DNA of 64,000 nt from contig OZ365116.1 in assembly GCA_977030845.1 (NCBI GenBank), positions 17,608,001 through 17,672,000 of the forward strand, read 5' to 3'. This document shows positions 51,277 through 64,000 of this stretch, piece by piece (the first letter of the stretch is position 1; each line of letters starts with the position of its first letter). The notes under the pieces are model-generated. The model worked only from the letters and a program-made list of their open reading frames with translations, made no database searches and was not told where the DNA came from. A program made the position numbers and the translations under genes. Source of the stretch: Fimbriosthenelais zetlandica. Taxonomy: Eukaryota.

Positions 51277-51403
51277 GGGATCAATGACCTCGCCTGGATT
51301 GGCTCGGCAGGTTAGAGAAAAGCTATTGACTTCGGGCCTGACGGCCCTCAGTCATAGCTTTTCTCTAACCTGCCTCGCCAACCCAGGCTCGGTCATTAAT
51401 CCC
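51277..51403. mobile_element. Foldback (palindromic) MITE-like element
   Basis: Arms GGGATCAATGACC...GGCAGGTTAGAGAAAAGCTAT pair with ATAGCTTTTCTCTAACCTGCC...GGTCATTAATCCC, including a perfect 21-bp inner stem. Confidence 0.75.
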
Positions 51404-54400
51404 TAATTTAATCTTGTGTGTATGCTTGCATGATCTGCTTGAAACGTGATGAAAATGTTCAATGTTTCCTTTTCAAGATCAAGGAGAACTGATTCAGAAA
51501 ACAGACTGAAATTGTGCAGTATAATTGACTAATTACGGTGGAGGAGGAATTGCTGTTACACTTTCTCACCATATTAAAGTAAGTAATGGCTCAATCTCTA
51601 ATGTTTTATGTAGTTGGAATCTTGCTAAAATTTTAGATGGTGTCTGTCTACAATTCTGAACCTCGCTCAATCTCACTTTTTCCAGAGCCGGTCAACAACC
51701 TGCTGTGGCCGAAGAATGAACTCACGGCTCGCACGCTGAAGTTCAAGGTGGATTCACACACTGAGGCCCAAGACTCGCACCCTGAAGCTCAAGACTCGCA
51801 CATCCAAGATCCACACGGACATCAACAAAAGGGTACATGATTTCTATTTGATATCTGTGAAAAATCAAGTTATTTTGAAAGTCAAATTATTATTGCAATC
51901 CGGAGAATAATTTATTCTTATGATATCCTATGGTTAAAGTTCTATTCACTTGTCCGTTGTCTATAATTGTATTCCATTTTTGCTTATAATGAACCCAGAT
52001 AATAGGACACCCAATCCATCACCCCTCCCCCTCCAACCCACCCCTGACCCCACATATCCACTTTTTGCCCAAATTTGCCTTTGATATTGATTTGATTGTC
52101 TAACCTAAAATGAAATCTATTATATGTGTTGTATATATTGTATATATATATATTGACCTCGGATATGTCTTGTTATGTTTTTTCTTGTGTGTGTTTATAT
52201 GTGCTATCTGTCTGTTATGTGAACGGTGTATGTGTATTATGTATCATTTATTTGTTTGTATTTGTCTTCCGTATAATATTGTTATTGATTTTGCTATTGC
52301 TTTTCTTCTGTGTGTTTATATGTGCTATCTGTCTGTTATGTGAATGGTGTATATATACATTGTATATTAAGTATTTTAGTCTGCTTCACTTTCAAACATT
52401 TTAGGAATGCATTCATAAAATTTGTTATATATACAAGATTCCTAAATCTAAATTATCAAGATGTACATGTACTCATCTATCATGTTTAATCGCAGGGTCT
52501 GTGACTGTCAGGCAGCCTCGCACTTCCAACCACCAAGACTCGTAGCTTCATCCTAGATTGACGCAAGATTCACACCAGAAGACGATGATACGAGATACCA
52601 CTCCTCCGCGCAAGCTTCCAGGTAATTACAAAATCTCACGATAACAAACAGAACATGTGTTAAGATTTAAGAAGGATAAAGATTAGTCCAAAAGAAACAG
52701 TACATTTTTACAACTTTTACTTTTACTTCTCTTTTACTTTTTCAGTTTTAACTTTCTTTAAAAAGAGATCATACGATAAAGTGAATAATTAGACACTTAT
52801 GCTTATAAATTACAGGCCTGTGTCTATCAAGATGCCCTGCTCTTACACTACATGAGTACCAGGGCCTACAGCTTCATCCAAGATCTACACACCAAGTTTC
52901 AAGATGAAAGAAGTGGGCGCTGAGGATGATCAAGACAATTAGCCCGCGACAAATATTTCTGGGTTGCTCAAGCTTCCTTCCAGGTAATGCATCACTGAGA
53001 CAAAATTACTACATAAATACTTCTCCATCTGATATAATATTAAATGTCCAATATTTACTGATTAAATATTGGTCAATTTTACGTATGAAATATTGGTCAA
53101 TTTTACTCATTAAATATTGGATGTTTTTACTAAATAAATATCTGTCAATTTTACTGATTAAATGCCAACAGATCTGCCAGCCGACAGATCCGCCAGCCAA
53201 CAGATCTGCCAGCCGACCGATCTGATTATTTTTGGACTGAAATGCTATAGATCCTATCTCATCTAATCTCTTGTGCAATTTGACATCATCTGCTTGAAAC
53301 ATAACCAATTTAATTTAATGTTTCCTTTTGCCTATTGAAGGAGAACTGACGCAGAACACAAACCCTCAACTTGTGCTGCGTAATTTCCTGAAGATGAGCG
53401 AGCAAATAAATCAAAAAGTCCATCAGCGACCGAGAAGGAGGGGGCAAAGATTGGAGGAAAGTGGGGCGGAGGTGGGGGAAGAATAGAAACCGTCATTCTC
53501 AAAAGCAAAGGTAACTCGACATTTTTAGATATCTTATTTGCAATTTGTGATTGTAATATATTTTTTGGCTGAAAAGTGTAATGTATTAACTAATGTCATT
53601 GCAAATCAAATTTCATTTTCATTCGGATATTTTAATATTTGGTGGCATGCCATGTCCTACCTTATCTAATCTCTTGTGCAATTTGACATGATCTGCTTGA
53701 AAATTTAATTTAATCTTTCTTTTTCTCTATTGAAGGAGGACTGGCGCAAAATAAAAACTCGCAACTCGCAAGAAGCGACAGAGAAGGATGGAGGAAAGAT
53801 TAGAGTAAAGTGGGGTGGTGGTGGGGAAAGAGGAGAATCCGCCATTCTCCAAAGCAAAGGTAACTAGATATTTTTAGATATTTTTTTCAATTTGTGATTG
53901 TAATATATTTTTTTTTCTCAAATGCTATAGATCCTATCTCATCTAATTGTAATGAAGTTTATACAGTGCCATATCCCCGTCTGGTATGGTATTCACTAGT
54001 GGCGCCCTCAGTGGCCCTTTTCTTAACTAATAACTCATCTCTCTCCACTAGCGTCATGTGTGTGTAAAATATTAACTACCTTCTCTCAAGTAATATACAT
54101 AATCTCTTGAGGAATTAGACCTATATACTTGAAAATAAATGAACAAATTTAATTCAATTTTTCTTTTTCTTTTTTCAAGGAGGACTGGCGCAGAATACAA
54201 CTCTCAACTTCTGCGGCATCATTTACTGAAGTTGAGGTTGCAAAAAAATAAAGAAGAAAAAAGATAGGGAAGGATGGAGGAAAGATTAGAGTAAAGTGGG
54301 GTGGTGGTGGGGAAAGAGGAGAATCCGCCCTTGTCCAAAGCGAAGGTAACTAGACATTATTTTTATTCTATTTTCATTCCGGTATTTTAATATTTGGTGG

Positions 54401-54619
54401 CATGCTAAATCCTATCTTACCTAATCTGTTGGAAAATAATTCTTTGTTACTTTTTTGCTCCTTTACTAAAGTAGATCTATGTTCTAAGGAATCAGATCTT
54501 TCCAGGATTGTGAGGAGATGAATGACATCGCTGGGATTATGAGAAGATAAATGATGATGGACATGCTGGCCTCGGCATTATTAAAGCTAAGTTCATATTC
54601 CTAGTTTTTATAGCACTTT

Positions 54620-54840
54620 ATTTACCATGTATTGTAATTACTGTGTTTTTATTGTATACATTTTTATTGTGTGTGTTGTTATTGTATGAATTGTTATTAT
54701 ATGTACATGTATTGTTATTGTATGTATCGTTATTGTTGTTATTGTATGTATTGTTATTGTATGAATTGTTATTATATGTACATGTATTGTTATTGTATGT
54801 ATCGTTATTGTATATATTGTTATTGTATGTATTGTACCGT
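54620..54840. repeat. TG/TA-rich low-complexity tract (TGTATTGTTATTGTA) preceded by a shared ~110-bp segment
   Basis: Same architecture at about 57650-58085. It explains the Y/C/L/V-rich ORFs in the track. Confidence 0.8.
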
Positions 54841-55718
54841 TATTTTAAATTTCTCAGTCATTTTAACAAAAAGACTTGAAGTGTTATTTGGTGGAAACAA
54901 AGAGTGTACCATATGAATTTTTGGGCTAAAATGCTATAAAGTCTATCTCGTCTAATCTCTTCTGCAATTTGACATCGTCTGCTTGAAACACGATTTAATT
55001 TAATGCTTCTTTTTCCCTATTGAAGGAGAACTGGTACAGAACGCAAACCATCAACTTGCTGATTAATTTACTGAAGATGAGCGAGCAATTAAATAAAAAA
55101 GTTCATCAGCGACTGAGAAGGAGAGAGGAAAGTTTGGAAGACAGTGGGGTGGAGGCGGGGGAAGAATAGGAACCGTCATTCTCCAAAGCAAAGGTAACTC
55201 CACATTTTTTGATATCTTATATTCAATTTTTAAATCTAGTTTTCACTTTGTGATTGTCATATATTTTTTTGCTGAAAGGTGTAAAGTATTATCAAATGAT
55301 TTGCTTAAAACATAATGGACAAAGTTATCTTTTTTCGAATGAAGGAGGAATGGCGCATAACACACTCTCAACTTGTGCTGCGTAATTTACTGAAGATGGA
55401 CGAGCAAATAAATAAAAAAGGAAGAACTTCAAGAAGCGACTGGGCAGGAAGGAGGAAAGTGGGGTGGTGGCGGAGGAATAGGATAACGGTCGATCTCCAA
55501 ATTAAAGGTAACTGTACTTTTTCAGACATTTTTTAAATTTGTGATTCTAATGTTTTGGCCGAAATGCTATAGATCCTATCTTATCTGATACCCCTTAATT
55601 ACAGAGGAGCGAGGACAGACAATTGAGGACAGAGGAGCGAGGACAGAGGACTGCGGGTAGAGGAACCAAGGCCACCTCGTCAGATATCTACGTACTCATC
55701 GTAAAGCTGAGACTTAGT

Positions 55719-56123
55719 GAGCTGATAGCGCTCCATACTACGACGCCACCACCGGCAGAAGCGTGAACTATCACTCAGTACTAACTCAATGGAAAAGGGT
55801 TTTCGCATCTTTTATCGAATATTCATGGGTTCTCTGGCCATAGACGTCCTGTATTCAGGTAGATATAATTTTCATCTATTTAATTTTGTATTTTTACTCC
55901 ATTGAAATTAGTTTTCTCTCAGAAAGCACTCTGGAATCTTCCCAATTCAGTCAGTGCTAATTCAACGGGAGCAGAACGGGGGCATAATTTATTAAATATT
56001 TAGCCATTTTTTGGTCCAAAATCTATGATTCTAGATACACTTTTCATTTATTCATATCTTGGGTTTTGACTTAATTTAAGTTTAATATATTTCAGAAATG
56101 GCTCCCGAGTATGCTGATAGCGC
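55719..56123. repeat. Dispersed ~400-bp repeat, copy 2
   Basis: Homologous to 1324-1744. GCTGATAGCGC occurs at both ends. Confidence 0.8.
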
Positions 56124-56324
56124 CCTTTACTACAACTACTACTATTACTGACTCCATTGAGTCACACTACACACTGTAAAATATTTGGCCATTTTGGGTC
56201 CGAAAACGTCATCCTCCAAAGCAAAGGTTACTAGACTTTTTTAGATATATTTTTGTGATTCTAATATAATTATTTTTGGCCTGAAATTTTGTAGAGTTAC
56301 ATGTAGATCCTATCTTGTCTAAAC

Positions 56325-57144
56325 CAGTGTTGGCAAAAGCCCGGGTTTTATTGGTTTAGCACAGCCCAGTGGGCAAAACCCGGGTTTAACCAGGTAAAAC
56401 CGGGTTTTACTGTGTTTTACCTGGGTACAACTGGGCAATATATAGGTCTCAGTATAGTAGTGAGTCCGTACATGTGGCACATCTCCGTGAGCAAAACAAC
56501 CACATGATTATTAATAATAACCATTTAGTGCTATAAATCTCTACATGCGAAATAATTATGTTTGTGTAGATCCATTTTTTGCCTTTGATTGCATCTTAAC
56601 CATTTGGAAGCAGACGGTTTGAACGTCGTGGGTCAGAAATTAATTATCAAAGGAGGTGGGACATTATGTCTAGCCTTGAGTTGGGTCTAGTTGGTTCACT
56701 AGCTAGTAGCTTGCTTAATAGGTGGGTGTTCAAGAGGGGTGGGGAACGGAGAGCAATAGGAGACACGAGATATAGCTTGTACCCCCTCCCACATACAATC
56801 CCTCTCCTTCTTGGGCCAACATTCGGACACTTCAAGTTTAGCGGCACATCCCGTCCACTTTCCGGGGGAGAGCCCGGTCCCCACCCCTCCCCCCACCCAA
56901 CCCCCGGGAGGGGTTGGATTCTGTCCACACTTATTACCTTTTAGTAGCAGTCTTATGCCATATTATATAAATATGGAGTTATCTGATGCTGAATGTAGTT
57001 AGAAAGGCCAAAAAAAGTGCAATTAAGAATTGAGTTTTCCCCGGTTTTCCCCAGTTTTGCCCAATGGGGGGTTTTCCCCACCCGGTTTAAACCAGGGGTT
57101 TAACCCGAGATTAAACCGGAGGCGGGCAAAACTTGCCAACACTG
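56325..57144. mobile_element. hAT-superfamily MITE (820 bp)
   Basis: 12-bp TIR CAGTGTTGGCAA / TTGCCAACACTG and a perfect 8-bp TSD GTCTAAAC (56317-56324, 57145-57152). It interrupts intron sequence that is uninterrupted in the paralogous unit near 53250. Confidence 0.92.
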
Positions 57145-57759
57145 GTCTAAACTCATGTGCAATTTGACATCATCTGCTTGAAACATAATGAACCAATTTA
57201 ATTATTTCCCTATTGAAGGAGAATTGCCGCAGAACGCAAACTCTCAACTTGCCCTGACGGCTGTGTAATTTACTGAAGATGAACGAGCAAATAAATATAA
57301 AGGTTCATCAGCGACTGAGAAGGAAGGTGGAAGAAAGTGGGGCGGAGGTGGGGGAAAAATAGAAACTCGCATCCTCCAAAGTAAAGGTATCTAGGCACTT
57401 TTTGATTAATATTTCATTTGGGAATCAAAATGATTTTCATTACGATATTTTACTATTTGGTGAGATGCAAACGTCTATTTCATCTAAACTTTTGTGGAAT
57501 TGGTGATGATCTACTTGAAAATTTATGAATAAATTTGATGTAAGGTTTTTTCCCTATTGAAGGAGGAGTGGCGCAGAATTCAAGCTCTCAACTTGTGCTG
57601 ATTAATTTACTAAAGATAACCGAGCATAAACGAAAAAGAAAACTGTCAACCTGGGATTATGAGAAGATATATGATGATTGACATAGGCTGCATAGCCTTA
57701 TGCTGGCCTCGGCATTATTAAAGCTAAGTTCATATTCCTACTTTTTATAGCACTTTATT

Positions 57760-58085
57760 TACCATGTATTGTAATTACTGTTATACATGTATAAATTGTT
57801 ATCATGTGAATTATTATTGTATGTATTTTTATTGTATGCATTTTTATTGTGTGTGTTGTTATTGTATGAATTGTTATTATATGTACATGTATTGTTATTG
57901 TATGTATCGTTATTGTTGTTATTGTATGTATTGTTATGTATGAATTGTTATTATATGTACATGTATTGTTATTGTATGTATCGTTAAATAATTTGTATTA
58001 TATTGTTATTGTATGTATTGGTATTGTATGTATTTTTATTGTACGTTTTGTTATTGTATGTATATTGTAATTGTTATTGTAAAAT
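57760..58085. repeat. TG/TA-rich low-complexity tract, paralogue of 54620-54840
   Basis: Direct reading; shared upstream segment CTGGGATTATGAGAAGATA...TTACCATGTATTGTAATTACTG. Confidence 0.8.
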
Positions 58086-59935
58086 TACATGAAACTAAAA
58101 ATTCTTAATATTTGCAGGATTATGAGGAGACATACATTTACACATTTATCTTTATACCAGAGTTTGATGAATAATCGAGTTGCTCTACAGTCTCGATGAT
58201 TATTATACACTTTATGGCATTTTATTTAAGGTATTCTGAAACTCTCCCCTTTGCCCAGCCCTCTCTCCCCTCTCGGGAGCTATGTCCATTTGATATCTGG
58301 TAGTCAAATCTTCCACAGACTGAGGAAGATACAAGTGGACTTCGGACGAGAGTGGGTAAGTTTCTCTAAAAATGTGTACAATTTGTCATTGTCTGCTTGA
58401 ATTTTATTAAAAACTGACAATTGGAATGCTTCATATATTGAAGAACATATGTTGTAATAAGATATTAACATTTATTTTTGATTTCTTGGTGTCAAATCTT
58501 GATATTCTGGTCCTACTGTTATATATATTGAAGAACTTATGTTGTAATAAGATTTATTTGTTGTGATTACAGCTAAATTTGAGGCTTGCAGTAGATGTAC
58601 CGTGATGTAGCAGAAGCTGATTACATCAGAGATAGGATGGAGCACACCAAGGATGGCTGACGTTCACCATCATAGGCCATCAGGTAAATATACCTTACAT
58701 TCACACATTTGTCTTTTACCAGAGTTGGATGAATTATCAAGTTGCTCTACAGTATCGATGATTATTTTACACTTTATTATACACTTTATAAACTTCATAA
58801 ATCCATTCTACAAAACTAATTATGGCATTTTATTTCTTGGCAGAAGACGGACTTCTACTTCAAGATGACTCGAATACAGCACACCAAGGATGGCTGACGC
58901 TCACCATCATAGGCCATCAGGTAAATATATCATACATTCACACATTTATCTTTATACCAGAGTTTGATGAATTATCAAGTTGCTCTACAGTCTCTTTGGC
59001 TGTCCTGGGGCCACCTTTATTTTAATTTCTCAATCATTTTAACAAAAATACTTGAAGTGTTATTTGGTGGACACAAAGAGTGTACCATATGAATCTGTCT
59101 AATCTCTTCTGCAATTTGACGTCGTCTGCTTGAAACACAATTTTATTTAATGCTTCTTTTTCCCTATTGAAGGAGAACTGGTGCTGAACGCAAACTATCA
59201 GCTTGCTGATTAATTTACTGAAGATGAACGAGCAATTAAATAAAAAAGTTCATCAGCGACTGAGAAGGAGAGAGGAAAGTTTGGAAGACAGTGGGGTGGA
59301 GGCGGGGGAAGAATAGAAACCGTCGTTCTCCAAAGTAAAGGTATCTAGGCACTTTTTGATTAATATTTCATTTGGGAACCAAAATCATTTTCATTCCGAT
59401 ATTTTACTATTTGGTGAGGTGCAAACGTCTCATCTAAACTTTTGTCGAATTGGTGATGATCTACTTGAAATTTATGAATAAATTTAATGTAATGTTTTTT
59501 CTCTATTGAAGGAGGAGTGGCGCAGAATTCAAGCTCTCAACTTGTGCTGATTAATTTACTAAAGATAACCTATCATAAACGGAAAAGAAAAATGTCAAGC
59601 AACGACTGAGAAGGAGGGAGGAAAGATTGGGGGAAGTGTGGTGGAGGCGGGAGAAGAGGTCAAACCGTCATTTTCTAAACAGAGGTAAGTACACATTTTA
59701 GATTAATCTTTTTGATTTGTGAATCTTATAATATTTTTTGACTGGAATGCTAAATCATATCTTATTTAATGTCTGTGGGAATTTGGTGTGGTCTGCTTCA
59801 AACAGAGAAATTTAATGTTTTTTTCTGCCTTTTTAAAGAGTACTGGTGCAGAGTACAAACCCTCAACTTGTGCAGCATAGTTTACTGATGATGGGGGACA
59901 ACTTCATACTCATCGTAAGGATGCGGCTGACTGTG

Positions 59936-60240
59936 GTGATAGCGCTCCGTACTACGACGCCACCCGCGGCAGAAGCGTGAACTATCACTCAGTACTAATT
60001 CAATGGAAAAAGGGTTTTCGCCTCTTTTATCGAATATTCAGCAATTTCATGGCCATAGACGCCATATATGCAGGTAGATATATTTTCCATCTTTTCATAT
60101 TTTGTATTTTGACCCCATTGCATTGTATTTTCTCCCAGAAAACTATCTGGAATCTTCTTAATAAATATTTTTTTTGTCCAAACTCCATGTATGATTCTAG
60201 ATACACTTTCCATCTATTCATATCTTGGGTTTTTACTTAA
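59936..60240. repeat. Dispersed ~400-bp repeat, copy 3 (3' truncated)
   Basis: Homologous to 1324-1744 and 55719-56123. Confidence 0.75.
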
Positions 60241-61555
60241 AGGAGGACGAAATAGAGGAAGAAGAGACAATGGACTGACCACTTGTCACGTCAACCGACC
60301 AGGTAAATAAATTCATGAACAAATATTCAAGATAAAATATTATTTCGAGATATTTCAGACGTACAACTTATATCCATGCGTTAAATAATGGGAGAACATT
60401 TTATTGTCAGGCGAGAAATCAATTCAACTATTCAAATGACAGCTGTCACGAAGAAACCTTCCCAGAGTATCTCCAGTGATTTCTGCCAATACAAGGTTGA
60501 AGAACTATAAATGAGTGTTGAAAAGGAGGAATTACAATGTGGACAGCTGATCACCACAATCTGGTAATTATTTTATCGACAAGATTAATTGAGGTAAAAT
60601 TGTATTTCTATCTGCTATGTTAGATCTATTTTATTGAACAAAATAAATTGAGGTAAGACCATTTCAATCTGCTTTGTTTTAGATCTATATTTTGTATCCA
60701 TGTAATAAGAGATATCTTACTTTCAGGAGGCTCAACTAATCCAGAAGCAGGCTGTCGTGACAAGGACATCTTTAGAGATATTAAGTCTACACCTCAGCTG
60801 TCTCTACAAAATAATCAATGTGAGTATCTTACGCTTCATCTTTAAACACAGCACGGTACTATAACGAATCTAAATATTAGCAATAATAAATTAATTTTTA
60901 TTTTATTAATTTTTATTATTTGAAAATTAAATAGTCGATTCACTAAACGCATTTTTTAAACATTAATCCTTATAATGGGGGTTGAGGGACCGGGGGATGT
61001 ACAATAACAACAGCTATGAGGTCCATAATTATGGTAGTTGTAGGTTTCTGAGGGTGCAGTTTCTTGCTTCAGTTTGGAAGGAGTAAAGTTGGTCTGGCGC
61101 CACCTGGTTTATCTCACCACAGTTGTTGTGGGCCAGGTCATTAGAGATGCACGTGACCCGGGGTTACCATAGGTACAAACGACGCTCGCGCGTCAAATGT
61201 GCCAGCCTCCACAAATTAATGGAGATTCCTCAAATCACTGAGAGGGGTAATGGCTGAGTTAATTGCCAGGTCGCTTGCAAAAATTTAGTAAGATTTTTAG
61301 GAGAATTGCATGTGAAAATGTGGCATTTTTATAGTCCGGAGTTCAAACCCATTCTGATTTTTTAGGCTAACTTTGAAGTGTGTGGTTATTTTATATTATA
61401 TTTCTTAGCCCATATATAATTTCATCAAATTGAGAAACATGTATACCCAACACCCAATGGGAATATAAGTTCTGCTTTTCAGTGCAGGTTAACAATATAG
61501 AACAACATTTGTTTTTGTTGATTGGTTGAATGCTTATCCCACTGTTTCCACTTAA

Positions 61556-62430
61556 CCCTTTAATGCCGAGCCCTATATTAGTTACTGTTCCCACAATACG
61601 AGGACCCTGAAATAGCCCTCAAAATAGCCATTTGACCACTTTTTGACACTTCAGATAAATATTTCAATTTATTCTTTGCTTTGTACTTTTTATATCCGAA
61701 TTCTCAGCATGTTCTTCTGAGTCCAAACATGTAACCTCTATATCAGTGGCCCAATTATAGAAAAAGTTACAATGATTTGAATATAGGAGAATTTAAGAAA
61801 ATCGCATTAAATAAGATCCATTCTATTTAATTATTTAAGGCAAAAAATGAAAAAAATAAAAAGAATAAATTTAAAAAACATAAAATTGCCCCCTACAGAA
61901 TTTTTTGCACTTAATTCAATGAACTACTTTTTTGAGAAAAAAAACCATTTTGTAAGTGGCCATTTTGGTTTCCATGGTAACCGATTTTGGGGTAAGAATG
62001 GAATAAGCCACAATTCTGCCGTTGCCATGGCAACAGAAACACTCGAAATATTAAATTTAAATAATTCTGACCCAGTCCTGATTCCCAGCTTCTGAATAAA
62101 GTTTACATGATAAAAATCGGATAGGAAATACAAAAATAATGAATAAAAACATTCCCATTCCTATTTTTATGAAAAACTTCATTTTCAAGTTTCTTTCATT
62201 TTTCTGGTTCAAAATCCCGGCTCCTGGGAAATCCGCCTTGTCGCTAAAATTTTGATCTGGCTAACTTTGAAAGGCTCCATCTTCACTTCTAATTGGAATT
62301 TTCGAAAGATTTTTTCACCAAATTGAAGCAAATTCCTCGCTCTACTTTGGCTAAATTCAGGTTTGAGTGCATATATGCACTCCTCGTACGTTTGCGTGAG
62401 TGCATATATGCATTGGTCGGCATTAAAGGG
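61556..62430. mobile_element. piggyBac-type MITE (875 bp)
   Basis: 14-bp TIR CCCTTTAATGCCGA / TCGGCATTAAAGGG with TTAA on both sides (61552-61555, 62431-62434). No transposase ORF. Confidence 0.92.
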
Positions 62431-64000
62431 TTAATAGTGGGCAGGTTGTCTAATAGTAAAGCCTATTTATATTCCAATAATGTTAAATAAAGGAGCAGGA
62501 ATGTTGTTCATTCCTTGATTTAACTATAGAGTGAAGTATTTGAAACCTGAACACATACATATGTCACATGTGTCCCTTATTTCCCTGCAGGTAAAATATT
62601 CACCCGTTCATTATCCTCCCTGCTCTGTTCTAAAGAAGGTCTATTTGTGATGACTTGACTTTGTACAGTGCCCTTTTGGCATGGGAACTATTTACAAACA
62701 ATCTTCCTGTAGTAGATTGCCATAGTAGAAGTTGTGGAAGGTGTTGTAAGTAATTTATAGCAGCCTTTCTTACTTCAGAAAATCAGGAGCTTGTTTCAAA
62801 ACAACCATTAGCAATGTCTATGTTAGATTTTAGCCGAATGTCCCCCAGTCCCCAACTGATTCCCTTTATTTTTTGTGCATCATTTATTTATTCTTGTTTA
62901 GGCCTTGTTTTTTTTAATAATGGAGATGTCTCTATATGTGGCCATTGAGTATCCATGGCAACCGGAGACTTATATTAGCCAGTCACTGATTGACACTGTC
63001 ATGGAGACTTGGTCGCTTTTCACACCAAATCAATGATGAACTCCCTGAGCGGCTGTAACAGCATTTCTCACATGCATCACCAAACAATCTCTACATCCAA
63101 CTTCCCACTACTCCACAGATGTTTCTTGTAGTCTCCAGCCCAATCAAAATTTTCCCTCTTGTTAGACACTGATTCGGCGCTGTGGGGTCAAAGCGCCTCT
63201 CTTTGGTTTGTGTGACCTTGATCCTGACCCTGGAGTGACCTGGGGCCGGAGAGTTGACCGAGGTGACCGGTCGGTGGCGCGACCGTCCACAGGGAGTGAC
63301 ATTGATCTGGCGCATGCATGCACCTCACCATCTCACATCGCTTGATCTTGTTTATTTCTTTGGCAAGCGGAAAGGGCGACCCCCTGAGAAAACAAATTGC
63401 TGAATTATCTCTACTAACCTGTGTTGATTAATCATACATTTACTAATGGGTGTCCAGTTGAAGTACGATGCTGGTTATCATTTGGTAAATTAGTTCCAAA
63501 CCTTGCCATGAAGGATTCTCATTGACCAGTCCACTTTCAAATAGAGTTCATAAGATTTCAAAATGTACTCTTCTACATTTGGCAATATCAGAAATATTGG
63601 ACCAACTCAAGCTATAAAACTGGAAGAAATCATGTAGATTAAGTTAATCATTTATACCAACGATTAGGCCTATACAATGATTTACATGAGAGTGGTTTGT
63701 ATTGTAATAATCGGATACTAAGTCATAATTATCATACCTTCATATTTTAACCTTGATTTTGTGCCTTAGATATAACATAAAGATGTGCTCCTTGTAATGA
63801 ACGTTTTATTTTTTCCAGACTATCTACCTCCTTGTGGATAAGCCTCCCACCTCCATGTCAGCTCTTCCATCCATCATTCCACCTCAAAGGCCTTTCTTCC
63901 CACCTCTTACACATACCTCTACAGCCTTTATACTGAATTAAGATGAGCTCACTGATAAGGCGGCGTGAAACTACCGTATACCTCCACCTCTATCTGCCAA

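Larger units (their letters stand above)
53341..59900 (+). repeat. Ten dispersed-tandem copies of a ~125-175-nt exon-like unit with flanking intron sequence
   Basis: Copies start at 53341, 53736, 54180, 55026, 55345, 57219, 57563, 59173, 59512 and 59839, after acceptors ending in AAG (mostly CTATTGAAG). Eight end in AG|GTAACT, GTATCT or GTAAGT. Confidence 0.85.
42790..60819 (+). ncRNA. Multi-exon spliced locus built from duplicated exons; lncRNA or decayed repetitive-protein gene
   Basis: Many segments flanked by AG and GT splice signals: about 42790-42879, 43757-43942, 46421-46493, 25 array exons 46904-50442, 50506-50645, 51478-51578, 51637-51832, 52496-52621, 52816-52983, the ~170-nt exon family 53341-59900, 58573-58684, 58844-58920, 60243-60302, 60411-60563, 60727-60819. 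No continuous ORF across the whole. Transcription is not demonstrated. Confidence 0.5.

Noticed and set aside
52110-57987. Hydrophobic or Cys/Tyr-rich ORFs at 52110, 52126, 54643, 54671 and 57787
   Set aside because: Translations of simple TG/TA-rich repeats.
58159-58245. C/D snoRNA-like segment (AGAGTT-TGATGA...CTGA-AACTCT)
   Set aside because: Paralogous copies (about 58718 and 58958) lack the D box and stem, which here come from a junction with unrelated sequence. I recognised no rRNA-antisense element.

Overview
AT-rich, intron-containing animal DNA, probably from a marine invertebrate (inference from composition and gene content). I found no prokaryotic features, CRISPR array, rRNA or intact tRNA. 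Three + strand protein-coding genes can be rebuilt by hand with in-frame splice junctions. (1) A divergent SLC22 organic ion transporter: 10 exons, 2768-25201, 638 aa. (2) Pyridoxal kinase PDXK: 10 exons, 27237-31675, 308 aa, with one GC-AG intron and a Thr-to-Lys change in the NHTG substrate motif. (3) A calbindin/calretinin/secretagogin-family protein: 11 exons, 33262-41694, 387 aa, in which an N-myristoylation motif and an acidic low-complexity arm precede only four EF-hands. The right third (about 42.8-60.8 kb) is the most unusual part. It looks like a spliced locus built by serial exon duplication. It contains 25 tandem mini-exon/mini-intron units (about 140 bp, with a 713-bp higher-order period), and 17 consecutive exons splice in frame. 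These exons come in cationic and acidic versions produced by a compensated frameshift of nearly the same DNA. Ten copies of a second ~170-nt exon and decayed QDSH-repeat exons follow. The window also holds hAT- and piggyBac-type MITEs, tRNA-derived repeats, two hammerhead-like motifs and a compound minisatellite. All gene models are manual; no database search or expression data were available.
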